A stretch of 57,912 nucleotides of DNA, from NCBI GenBank assembly GCA_030700025.1, contig JAUYKI010000008.1:1-57912 (forward strand), read 5' to 3'. Each line of letters begins with the position of its first letter. Positions within the stretch are counted from its first letter, which is position 1. Positions 1-7,142 of the stretch are shown here, one piece after another. The DNA is from a bacterium. GTDB lineage: Bacteria > Patescibacteriota > Minisyncoccia > UBA6257 > 02-FULL-45-10c. The notes under the pieces are model-generated. The model had not been told where the DNA came from and did not search any database. It saw only the letters and a list, made by a program, of their open reading frames with translations. The position numbers and the translations under genes are program-made.

Positions 1-16
1 GCCATGGTTGCCGTAG

Positions 17-106
17 GGAACATCCCGCAGGCGTATTTTGCTTGGACCACAAAATACGCCGAGGGCGAAGAAAAATCAGCCGCTGGAGCTGATTTATTCT
101 GTTTCC
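17..106 (-). repeat. Copy 1 of a ~90-nt two-hairpin repeat (sense GGAAACAGAATAAATCAGC...CCTGCGGGATGTTCC), lying 3' of the 168..599 gene
   Basis: Near-identical to 21855..21945 (+) and 45532..45621 (-). Hairpins are AAATCAGC/GCTGATTT followed by a T-run, and GGCGTATTTTG/CAAAATACGCC. Confidence 0.8.
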
Positions 107-167
107 CGTAGGTAATCTGGCGGAGCGAGTGTATATTGATAGCGGGCGAAAGAATGTTTGAGCTATC

Positions 168-599
168 CTAAAACCGAACTGGAATCCGGAGCTCATCATC
201 ATGCTCCGGCAAACCGGATGGATTGTCTTTCTGTAAAATTAAAATTCCTTGTTTTCCTTTCGGCTTTGGAAAAATTAGTTTCGCCCGGAACGGCACAAAG
301 TTTTCCGTCATCCATTCTCCCTGGGCCTGAACCGGCATCACTGCCAGCTGGCTTCCGTCCTCGTCCAAAAGCTTCGCCGGAAAAGACGCTTCAAAAAACC
401 AATACCCGCGCGCTTCGCCGGAAATTAACAGCGGGCTGGTGATTTTCTGGTTCGGCAAAGGGCTGGTCGCCTTAATCAATCCGGCTTTTTCCGCCGGCAT
501 GGACGGCAAAACATTATCTTGCCATCGCAAGCCGAAATAAACGCCCGCGAAAACAATTATAAAAACCAAAGCCAGCCAGGATTTAGAGCTGAATTTCAC
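168..599 (-). CDS. Secreted/membrane-anchored Gmad2-type immunoglobulin-like domain protein
   Basis: N-terminal TM/signal helix. Motif ITSPLLISGEARGYWFFEASFP...GEWMTENFVPF is typical of the Gmad2 Ig-like domain. Confidence 0.6.
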   Translation of the reverse strand: MKFSSKSWLALVFIIVFAGVYFGLRWQDNVLPSMPAEKAGLIKATSPLPNQKITSPLLISGEARGYWFFEASFPAKLLDEDGSQLAVMPVQAQGEWMTENFVPFRAKLIFPKPKGKQGILILQKDNPSGLPEHDDELRIPVRF

Positions 600-608
600 G
601 ATAATATT

Positions 609-1031
609 TTAATTAATCTTTAAGAGCTCTACTTCAAAAATAAGCGTGGCGTTTGGCGGAATAGCGCCTCCGACTCCAGATTCGCCATAAGCCAGCGAGG
701 AGGGAATAGTCAATTTTCTTTTTTCACCGACTTTCATTCCCGCGACGCCCTGGTCCCAGCCCTTAATTACCATTCCCGCGCCCAGCGGAAAAACAAATAC
801 TTCCCCGCGATCCACGCTGGAATCAAACTTAGTTCCATCTATCAGCCAGCCGGTATTATAATGAACTCCGGCCAATTCTCCGTTTTTAATTTCCGCGCCA
901 GATCCTTCTTTTAATACTTCAATTTTTAATTCGGTTACGTTATTCATATCGCCTGGTGTTTTAAAGATAAAATACGCGCCCGCCGCGACTACGGCAACCG
1001 CCAACAAAGTTAATAATGTTTTTTTAGTCAT
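609..1031 (-). CDS. FKBP-type peptidyl-prolyl cis-trans isomerase with N-terminal TM anchor
   Basis: GVHYNTGWLIDGTKFDSS...FPLGAGMVIKGWDQGVAGMKVGEKRKLTIPSSLAYG...LIFEVELL matches the FKBP core. Confidence 0.9.
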   Translation of the reverse strand: MTKKTLLTLLAVAVVAAGAYFIFKTPGDMNNVTELKIEVLKEGSGAEIKNGELAGVHYNTGWLIDGTKFDSSVDRGEVFVFPLGAGMVIKGWDQGVAGMKVGEKRKLTIPSSLAYGESGVGGAIPPNATLIFEVELLKIN

Positions 1032-1088
1032 GGTATTTATTATAGCAAGTAAAAACTTTTAGAGCTATGACAATAGACAGAATATCGG

Positions 1089-1120
1089 ACATTCCAACAT
1101 TCTGCAGAATGTTGGAATGT
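1089..1120. repeat. Palindrome family copy (type A, CTGCAG centre), about 58 nt upstream of the FKBP gene start
   Basis: ACATTCCAACATTCTGCAGAATGTTGGAATGT, a perfect 32-bp palindrome. Confidence 0.9.
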
Positions 1121-1131
1121 TTTGATTAAGA

Positions 1132-1653
1132 TTAATTAATTTCGAGGATGCGGTATTCTTGCTCGCCCTTGGGAGTTTTGATTTTGATTATTTCGCCTTC
1201 TTCATGATTCATTAAGGCCGAGCCGAGCGGGGATTGGTAGGAGATCCGCCCTTTTTCCGGACTGGTTTCCTGCGAACCGACGATTTCAAAAGTTTTTTGA
1301 ACTTGTGGTGAGCTTGCCAAACCATTTAATTCCAGCAAAACTACCGAACCGATTTGGATTGTTCCCGAAGCATTCCGGCCGGATTTAATTACTACCGCGC
1401 GTTTTAATTGGTCTTCTAAACTAAAAATCTGCCGGTGCGTCCGGCGAAGAATATGCTTGGCTTCCTTATATTCGGCATTGTCCGAGCGGTCGCCATAAGC
1501 GGCGGTCCTGGCGGCTTCGGCTATATAGTCGGGAAGCGCCTTCTTAAGCTTTGCCAGCCGTTCCTGGAGGCGTTTAAGCCCCTCCGGCGTCAAATGAACC
1601 GGCCCGGTATCCCGAACCTTAAATTTTTCAGAGCTATGCTGTGGGATTTGCAT
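1132..1653 (-). CDS. greA: Transcription elongation factor GreA (ATG at 1653 preferred over TTG at 1659)
   Basis: LTPEGLKRLQERLAKLK...AAYGDRSDNAEYKEAK coiled-coil N-domain plus GreA C-terminal domain (ISYQSPLGSALM..GE.I). Confidence 0.85.
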   Translation of the reverse strand: MQIPQHSSEKFKVRDTGPVHLTPEGLKRLQERLAKLKKALPDYIAEAARTAAYGDRSDNAEYKEAKHILRRTHRQIFSLEDQLKRAVVIKSGRNASGTIQIGSVVLLELNGLASSPQVQKTFEIVGSQETSPEKGRISYQSPLGSALMNHEEGEIIKIKTPKGEQEYRILEIN

Positions 1654-1660
1654 GAGCAAA

Positions 1661-1891
1661 CTATCTTATACTAACCTTTCTAACTCCAAACTGATTAAAT
1701 CGCTCAACAATGCCTTTAACTAACTCTCTTTTTAACCTTGAATGTCTTGGAATTGTAGTAACAAATTGGCCATTTATATCTTCAATTTTAAAATGCTTCT
1801 TTCCTGATTTGACAACAAGACCGCACTTTTTGGCGGTCCTGATAAGCTCTTCAGACGAACAGTCAGAAGCGTTAATTCCCAACCCCCTCAT
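1661..1891 (-). CDS. hicA: HicA-like (YcfA family) toxin
   Basis: 76 aa. LIRTAKKCGLVVKSGKKHFKI....TTIPRHSRLKRELVKGI matches the HicA pattern. It overlaps the upstream HicB-like ORF by 20 nt. Confidence 0.55.
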   Translation of the reverse strand: MRGLGINASDCSSEELIRTAKKCGLVVKSGKKHFKIEDINGQFVTTIPRHSRLKRELVKGIVERFNQFGVRKVSIR

Positions 1892-2339
1892 AAGATGAAA
1901 TTTTCATTTCTACCTCTCTGCTTCTCTTTGGGGCCGGAAAAGCATCTAATTGATGAGCAACGCTAACCGGTGGAAGATATGTGGGCATATATTGAAAAAA
2001 TTTTTGGGGCACATTGAGATATGTTTTTACGCAGTCATTAACCATTTCTACTAATTCAGATAATGTATCGCCTTGAGTCAAACAGCCCGGAAAAGAAAGT
2101 ATTTGAGCTACAAAGCCCCCATCTTCGGAACGGCTAATTTTTACGCTTATTCGCGCAGAAAACTTACTTCTTAAGTCCTTAATTTTTTCTTTATCTATTT
2201 TAGTAATCTTTTTATCCATATATTTATAATATCGTTTCAGCCCCTCCGGCGTCAAATACACTGGCCCGGTATCCCGAACCTTAAATTTTTCAGAGCTTGT
2301 AGTGAGCTTGCCGAACCTACTATGCTGTGGGATTTGCAT
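1872..2339 (-). CDS. hicB: HicB-like antitoxin. The ORF is N-terminally fused to a duplicated copy of the first ~27 greA codons (an internal start at 2219 is possible)
   Basis: ISVKISRSEDGGFVAQILSFPGCLTQGDTLSELVEMVNDCVKTYL is the HicB/UPF0150 signature. N-terminus MQIPQHS..SEKFKVRDTGPVYLTPEGLKR duplicates the GreA N-terminus. Confidence 0.65.
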   Translation of the reverse strand: MQIPQHSRFGKLTTSSEKFKVRDTGPVYLTPEGLKRYYKYMDKKITKIDKEKIKDLRSKFSARISVKISRSEDGGFVAQILSFPGCLTQGDTLSELVEMVNDCVKTYLNVPQKFFQYMPTYLPPVSVAHQLDAFPAPKRSREVEMKISSYEGVGN

Positions 2340-2364
2340 TATTAAATATAGTATACCAATAACC

Positions 2365-2393
2365 TTGTCATAACGTCTTTTTTATGATATTAT
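2365..2393 (+). promoter_or_regulatory. Candidate sigma70-type promoter for the rlmN-like gene
   Basis: TTGTCA, 17 nt, TATTAT. AAGGAGG Shine-Dalgarno at 2419..2425. Confidence 0.35.
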
Positions 2394-2431
2394 ATCAGCA
2401 GTTCATTCATATTCCTATAAGGAGGCAATAA

Positions 2432-3286
2432 ATGGAGATAACTGAACGAATTGCATCGCCCGATGGAATTACCGTCAAGTATTTACAAACGGTTTCTGGC
2501 GGGATTTCTGTTGAAACAACCTACGTCAACCGCCCCGAAAAGCATATTATCTGCTTTTCTTCGCAAGTGGGTTGCGCAGTTGGGTGCAAATTCTGTTCTT
2601 CGGGAATTGTCAGCCGATTTAAACGGTCTCTAACGAAATCCGAAATAGTAAATCAGTGCGCAAACGTTTTGGCAGAAATTGATTTTATGACAAGTCCCAA
2701 ACCGCTTCTTCTTTCGTGCATGGGAGAGGGGGAGCCGTTTCTAAACTTTGATGCCGTCGTGGATTCTTTCCGCGCGCTATCGGCAACGCCCCTTGGGCCA
2801 ACTCCGATACGCCTGGCGGTTTCTACCTCTGGCATAAGGCCCGATTTAATTCGGAAGCTCGGAGGAATTGAATTTTCGGTTCCGCTGAAAATTCAAGTCT
2901 CGCTCCACGGAGCAACAGATGAAGTTCGCCGTAAAATTGTCCCTGTGACCGCGCCCCTGGCAAAGATTATTCCGGCCGTGCGTGATTACCTACAACAATG
3001 CAACCGCGCAGTTGATTGGAATTATGTAATGTGCAAGGGCATCAACGACAGCCCCGCGCATGCCCAACAATTAGCAGGTCTTCTTGAACAAGGCTGGCAC
3101 GTAAAATTTAATCGTTTAAATCGGGCAACCAATTCTTCGTTCTTGCCCGCTCCGCGCGAAAGGGTAGAAGAATTCCGGCGTATTTTGGAAGAAGGTGGAA
3201 TTTCTACTGAATACTATGAAACAGACGGCGCCGATATTGCCGCTTCTTGCGGACAGCTCTCGTACCGCTTCAATGAAAAGCATTAA
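2432..3286 (+). CDS. Radical SAM rRNA/tRNA adenine-C2 methyltransferase, RlmN/Cfr family (short form)
   Basis: CAVGCKFC CxxxCxxC cluster, SCMGEGEPFLN, AVSTSG, QVSLHG, and C-terminal ASCGQL characteristic of RlmN/Cfr. Confidence 0.75.
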   Translation: MEITERIASPDGITVKYLQTVSGGISVETTYVNRPEKHIICFSSQVGCAVGCKFCSSGIVSRFKRSLTKSEIVNQCANVLAEIDFMTSPKPLLLSCMGEGEPFLNFDAVVDSFRALSATPLGPTPIRLAVSTSGIRPDLIRKLGGIEFSVPLKIQVSLHGATDEVRRKIVPVTAPLAKIIPAVRDYLQQCNRAVDWNYVMCKGINDSPAHAQQLAGLLEQGWHVKFNRLNRATNSSFLPAPRERVEEFRRILEEGGISTEYYETDGADIAASCGQLSYRFNEKH

Positions 3287-3320
3287 GCCGCGTTCAATAA
3301 CGCGGCTTTTTATTTTTTTT
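3287..3320 (+). terminator. Rho-independent terminator
   Basis: GCCGCGTT-CAAT-AACGCGGC hairpin followed by a T-run. Confidence 0.7.
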
Positions 3321-3368
3321 TCTATACTAATTTTTCAGAGCTGTGTTAAAAGATTTGCAGAGTTTAAA

Positions 3369-3992
3369 CTAATTAATAAAAGCGCTTTCGTAAAGCGGGG
3401 TTTTATCATCTTTAAATCTAAAAATATATTCGGTACTATAAAACTTTTGAGTAAATAATTTAGTAGCAATAGTATATTTTATTAAAAATTTACATTCTAT
3501 AGAATTAAAATTTTGAGGGATTGGAAAAACAAAAACCATTTCTTCGCCATTGCCAATGATTATTTTTCCTGCTTCTGGGAGCGCCTGACTGTCCTTAGGA
3601 CAAAATATTGAGTCATTTATCACCTGGGCTGGTAAGATTCCGACATTTTTAATACGAAGCATAAAATCAGTAGCCGACGGATGAATGCTCTTAATTACTA
3701 AGTATGGCCTATTGCGCAACTCAAATTCTGTATTTGCTCTATTATTTTGTAAGTAGGAAAAATATATTGTTGGTAGGATAATAATTAATGGGATAATTAT
3801 TCCAATAGTTTGAATTATAAAACTTTTTCTACTCTCTAGTATATTTTTTCTGTCTTGTCTTTGTTGAGTAGAATTAGTAATTATAACATCATCTTTATTA
3901 TTGTATAGGGTTTCTAATTCCCTCTGAATCTTAAAAAGATTCCAATCTTCACCAAATAATTTTTTAAAACATTCTTTTATTCTATTTATCAT
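3369..3992 (-). CDS. Hypothetical membrane protein
   Basis: Long ORF with one clear TM helix (IIQTIGIIIPLIIILPTIYF). No recognisable motif. AT-rich. Confidence 0.5.
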   Translation of the reverse strand: MINRIKECFKKLFGEDWNLFKIQRELETLYNNKDDVIITNSTQQRQDRKNILESRKSFIIQTIGIIIPLIIILPTIYFSYLQNNRANTEFELRNRPYLVIKSIHPSATDFMLRIKNVGILPAQVINDSIFCPKDSQALPEAGKIIIGNGEEMVFVFPIPQNFNSIECKFLIKYTIATKLFTQKFYSTEYIFRFKDDKTPLYESAFIN

Positions 3993-4148
3993 TAAAGTGA
4001 TTATTAAATATAATAATACAAATTACCCATATTTTACCCCAAAACCCCTCCCGCCGCAAGCGGGAAATAAATTGTTTGATTTTAGATTCAAAAGGAAGCA
4101 TAATTTATATATTCAACTTAGAGAAGCTCCATTTTAAGGCGGTATTGT

Positions 4149-4918
4149 ATGAAATTAAATCTTAACGAACAACTTGTAACTCATTACAAAAGCGCATCGC
4201 AAAAGGCGCGCATTTTAACAGAACAATGGGTTGATAATTCAATTTTTTGTCCGAATTGCGGACGATTGAATATAGACAAGTATCCAAATAATCAACCCGT
4301 TGCCGATTTTTACTGTTCGAATTGCAAAGAAGAATACGAGTTGAAAAGTAAGCAAAACACAATCGGTACAAAAATTGTAGACGGTGCGTATCGCACGATG
4401 CTTGAACGGCTGACAAGTAGTAATAACCCGAATTTTTTTCTGCTAAATTACGACTTATCAAATCTCGAAGTGATAAATTTTCTTGTTATTCCGAAACACT
4501 TTTTTGTACCAGAAATAATCGAAAAACGGAAGCCACTTTCGCCGACGGCTCAGCGTGCCGGTTGGGTTGGTTGTAATATCCTTCTACAAAGTATTCCGCA
4601 AACCGGTAAAATCTTTTTCATAAAAAATAAACGGATTGAGCCTAAAGAAAAAGTGCTTGCTGAATGGCAAAAAACACTTTTTTGCGAGAGGAGAAAGAAA
4701 TTTCTGCTAAGAGTTGGTTACTTGATACAATGCGAAGCATCGAAAAACTTGGAAAGCGTGAATTTATGCTTGAAGATATTTATGCCTTTGAAAAAGAATT
4801 GGGCAAACTTCACCCGGACAACAAGCACATTAAAGATAAAATCCGCCAGCAATTACAATTTTTACGCGATAAGGGCTATCTTGATTTCGTATCGCGTGGA
4901 TATTATCGGCTTATATAA
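4149..4918 (+). pseudogene. DpnI-like methyl-directed type IIM restriction endonuclease, split by a frameshift in a T6 tract (4678..4683)
   Basis: N-terminal part is frame 4149... (YKSASQKARILTEQWV..FCPNCG...PVADFYCSNCKEEYELKSK..GAYRTMLERL..NNPNFFLL...RKPLSPTAQRAGWVGCNI). The C-terminal winged-helix part continues in the -1 frame (ORF 4664..4918: FLREEKEISAKSW...HIKDKIRQQLQFLRDKGYL). Confidence 0.8.
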
Positions 4919-4924
4919 GAGAAT

Positions 4925-5104
4925 ATGACGAATCGAGATTTACAAACACAATACGACAAAATTTATTCTTATTTTAAAACTACTTACGAGCATTTTAGTG
5001 ATTTAGAATGGAACGGAAAAATTTTATTTGTTTGGAAAGACGAAAATATTACAGAAAAATATTCACTAAAAGATTTAACAGGATTAATTTTTAATGAGAC
5101 ATAA
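4925..5104 (+). CDS. Small hypothetical protein (59 aa, below the ORF-track cutoff)
   Basis: ATG 4925 to TAA 5104, immediately after the DpnI-like gene. No motif. Confidence 0.3.
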   Translation: MTNRDLQTQYDKIYSYFKTTYEHFSDLEWNGKILFVWKDENITEKYSLKDLTGLIFNET

Positions 5105-5176
5105 TAAATTAAGAAAATATAAAATTATAGAAAAATAAAAAAACCTCCTTTGGAAATTTTATGTTAAACTAAATTT

Positions 5177-5602
5177 ATGCCAGGGGTATCAAATCAAAAA
5201 ACTGAAGCGGCGCTTCGTGATAGTCTTGAAAAAAAAGGGGGGTTTAAATTAAGTCGGCAGTTAAAAAATGGCGAAACGGGTCCCGATATTATAGCCATAG
5301 AGAATAACAGCAAAGAATTCTACATAGAAGTTATCGGTTATAAAAAATCGCCACCAGCACGATCGCGAGATTTTTATACTGTATTTTTTGGAGCTATTTC
5401 TAGAATAAAAGATGGCGCCAAGCATTGTGTTATTGCCTTACCTGATTTATTTGAAATTGGTTTGCCGGCTCGCGTTCGTCAATATGGTAGATTGGCTTGG
5501 CAAAGAATTGGTCAAGCATTTCCGGAATTAGAAATTTGGCTCGTGGACGTTGATAAGAAAGAATATAAGAAAACTAAATGGAATGATTGGCTTAAAAATT
5601 GA
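5177..5602 (+). CDS. Hypothetical protein, possibly with a PD-(D/E)XK nuclease-like fold
   Basis: GPDIIAIE....YIEVIGYKK resembles a degenerate PD..ExK motif. No other signature. Confidence 0.45.
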   Translation: MPGVSNQKTEAALRDSLEKKGGFKLSRQLKNGETGPDIIAIENNSKEFYIEVIGYKKSPPARSRDFYTVFFGAISRIKDGAKHCVIALPDLFEIGLPARVRQYGRLAWQRIGQAFPELEIWLVDVDKKEYKKTKWNDWLKN

Positions 5603-5621
5603 GAAGCGGTAAAGTAAATTT

Positions 5622-6263
5622 ATGAAAAATCAGAATTTTAAAAAGTGGGGGAGATTAATCAAAAAAGTATTGAATGATTGTTGGGAATTTCGAAGCTTAT
5701 GCGAAAAACCTTTTGATAGAGGATTTATAGGAGAATTATTGGTTTTAAAACGATTATTGGAAAAATATAAGGCCCAACTTGGTTCTACTCGTGGCGAGTT
5801 TTTTTATGCCGGTAGTTCTAACGCGGAATGGGACATTAAGCTTAGATTTAATGGCAAATCTATACTATTTGATGCAAAAGCAACTACAACGCCAGCGTCG
5901 AAGTCAGATAGTAGACCCAAATGGGTTCGACAGAAAGCGAGGAATTTTTGTAATATTAAGATCGGTAAAGATGGAAAACAACACGTATCTCTATTTTCAA
6001 AAAATAATTTTAATCCGAATCTATTTTATGTTTTTGTTGATGTCATAGTATGGTTAGAAAACCGCCATGCTAATTATTATATTCTTTCAGATAAAGAGGC
6101 AAAATCAATATTTGGTAAAAAGTATAAAAAGGATCATGATGGAAAAATAAGAAGAAATGATACTGCGGATTTTCATGTTGAATACAATGATGTCAAGAAT
6201 TTTAAAGACAGGTATCCTAAGTTTCAAGCGACAAAGCTTCGCCATAAAAAAATAGGAGAATAA
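5622..6263 (+). CDS. Hypothetical protein, possibly with a PD-(D/E)XK nuclease-like fold
   Basis: GELLV...EWDIKL...LFDAKAT fits the E..D..(D/E)xK spacing of restriction-endonuclease-like folds. Confidence 0.45.
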   Translation: MKNQNFKKWGRLIKKVLNDCWEFRSLCEKPFDRGFIGELLVLKRLLEKYKAQLGSTRGEFFYAGSSNAEWDIKLRFNGKSILFDAKATTTPASKSDSRPKWVRQKARNFCNIKIGKDGKQHVSLFSKNNFNPNLFYVFVDVIVWLENRHANYYILSDKEAKSIFGKKYKKDHDGKIRRNDTADFHVEYNDVKNFKDRYPKFQATKLRHKKIGE

Positions 6264-6267
6264 ATTT

Positions 6268-6456
6268 ATGCCTAAACCATTATTTGACGATACAAATGAA
6301 GCGGGTGATAAAGAAAAAGATAAGCCGGAGGAAGAAGTTAAAGAGCTAATGGAAAATCATGATTTAGATCAGGATGGGGCAGAAAAAGTAAAAGAGCTGA
6401 TGGACGAAACCGGCCTCGACGAAGACGAGGCGGTAGAATCAAAAGAGGTTTTATAA
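6268..6456 (+). CDS. Small highly acidic protein
   Basis: 62 aa, D/E-rich with internal repeat ELME.HDLDQDGAE / ELMDETGLDEDEA. Starts tightly after the preceding gene. Confidence 0.45.
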   Translation: MPKPLFDDTNEAGDKEKDKPEEEVKELMENHDLDQDGAEKVKELMDETGLDEDEAVESKEVL

Positions 6457-6473
6457 ATAAAAAATATGTAAAT

Positions 6474-6507
6474 AACATTCCAACATTCTGCAGAATGTTG
6501 GAATGTT
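6474..6507. repeat. Palindrome family copy (type A)
   Basis: AACATTCCAACATTCTGCAGAATGTTGGAATGTT, a perfect 34-bp palindrome. Confidence 0.9.
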
Positions 6508-6562
6508 GTGAATACGCCAGACGGGTGGCGTATTCAGCCTTAACGGAAAAATTAAGCAAAAA

Positions 6563-6592
6563 AACGGTAAGGCATGCTTTACCGTTTTTTTT
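6563..6592. terminator. Bidirectional rho-independent terminator
   Basis: A-run, CGGTAA-GGCATGCT-TTACCG, T-run. Confidence 0.6.
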
Positions 6593-6765
6593 GATATATC
6601 CGGCGGGGCTCCCGTTCCCGCAACGCCGTCAAGCGGCCGTAGACTGGGGAGATTAACTACATCAGATATTACTATTCAAAGCGATTTCAAGGAGGTTTTA
6701 GGACGCGAAGACGTTACTAAAAAAGTAGCAAAGCCTCAAGAATTTGTCAAAATACTTAGAAACAT

Positions 6766-6799
6766 AACATTCTAACATTCTGCAGAATGTTAGAATGTT
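6766..6799. repeat. Palindrome family copy (type A variant) overlapping the stop codon of ArsR-1
   Basis: AACATTCTAACATTCTGCAGAATGTTAGAATGTT, a perfect 34-bp palindrome. Confidence 0.9.
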
Positions 6800-7059
6800 T
6801 GCATAAACTTTAAAAATGATTTTCCGTAAGGCGAGAGCGAATGGGTAACCTGGCGGCCTTGATACTTTTTGTTTAAAAGACCGGCGTTAACTAAAGAGCG
6901 GGTATGCTGGGATATAGTTTTAAAATTACCGTTAAGCTCATTAGCAATCCCTTCAACTGTAATGCCATCTCTTTGATTTACGGTGTATATAATAGCTATG
7001 CGCCAATGATTGGCAGCTCCCTTAAAATAACGCTCTAATTGCTTTGGTGTTTTTCCCAT
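6790..7059 (-). CDS. ArsR/SmtB-family winged-helix transcriptional regulator (paralog 1)
   Basis: FKGAANHWRIAII....ITVEGIANELNGNFKTISQHTRSLVNAGLLNKKYQGRQVTHSL matches the ArsR HTH pattern. Contains no Cys. Confidence 0.8.
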   Translation of the reverse strand: MGKTPKQLERYFKGAANHWRIAIIYTVNQRDGITVEGIANELNGNFKTISQHTRSLVNAGLLNKKYQGRQVTHSLSPYGKSFLKFMQTF

Positions 7060-7084
7060 CGCTTAACTATAACAAATTTCCATG

Positions 7085-7120
7085 CAACATTCCAACATTC
7101 TGCAGAATGTTGGAATGTTG
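7085..7120. repeat. Palindrome family copy (type A), 26 nt upstream of the ArsR-1 start and just downstream of the ABC-F stop
   Basis: CAACATTCCAACATTCTGCAGAATGTTGGAATGTTG, a perfect 36-bp palindrome. Confidence 0.9.
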
Positions 7121-7142
7121 TGACAAGATAAAAAATCAGTTC

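Noticed and set aside
4664-4918. 84-aa ORF as an independent gene
   Set aside because: It corresponds to the C-terminal winged-helix domain of DpnI-type enzymes and joins the upstream ORF through a single-nucleotide frameshift. It is therefore part of one interrupted gene.
6596-6765. GC-rich non-coding stretch (CGGCGGGGCTCCCGTTCCCGCAACGCCGTCAAGCGGCCGTAGACTGGGG...) considered as SRP RNA, RNase P RNA or a riboswitch
   Set aside because: I could find none of the conserved motifs of those RNAs (for example GGAAGCAGCC for SRP or GAGGAAAGUCC for RNase P) and no convincing extended fold. It is left unannotated.
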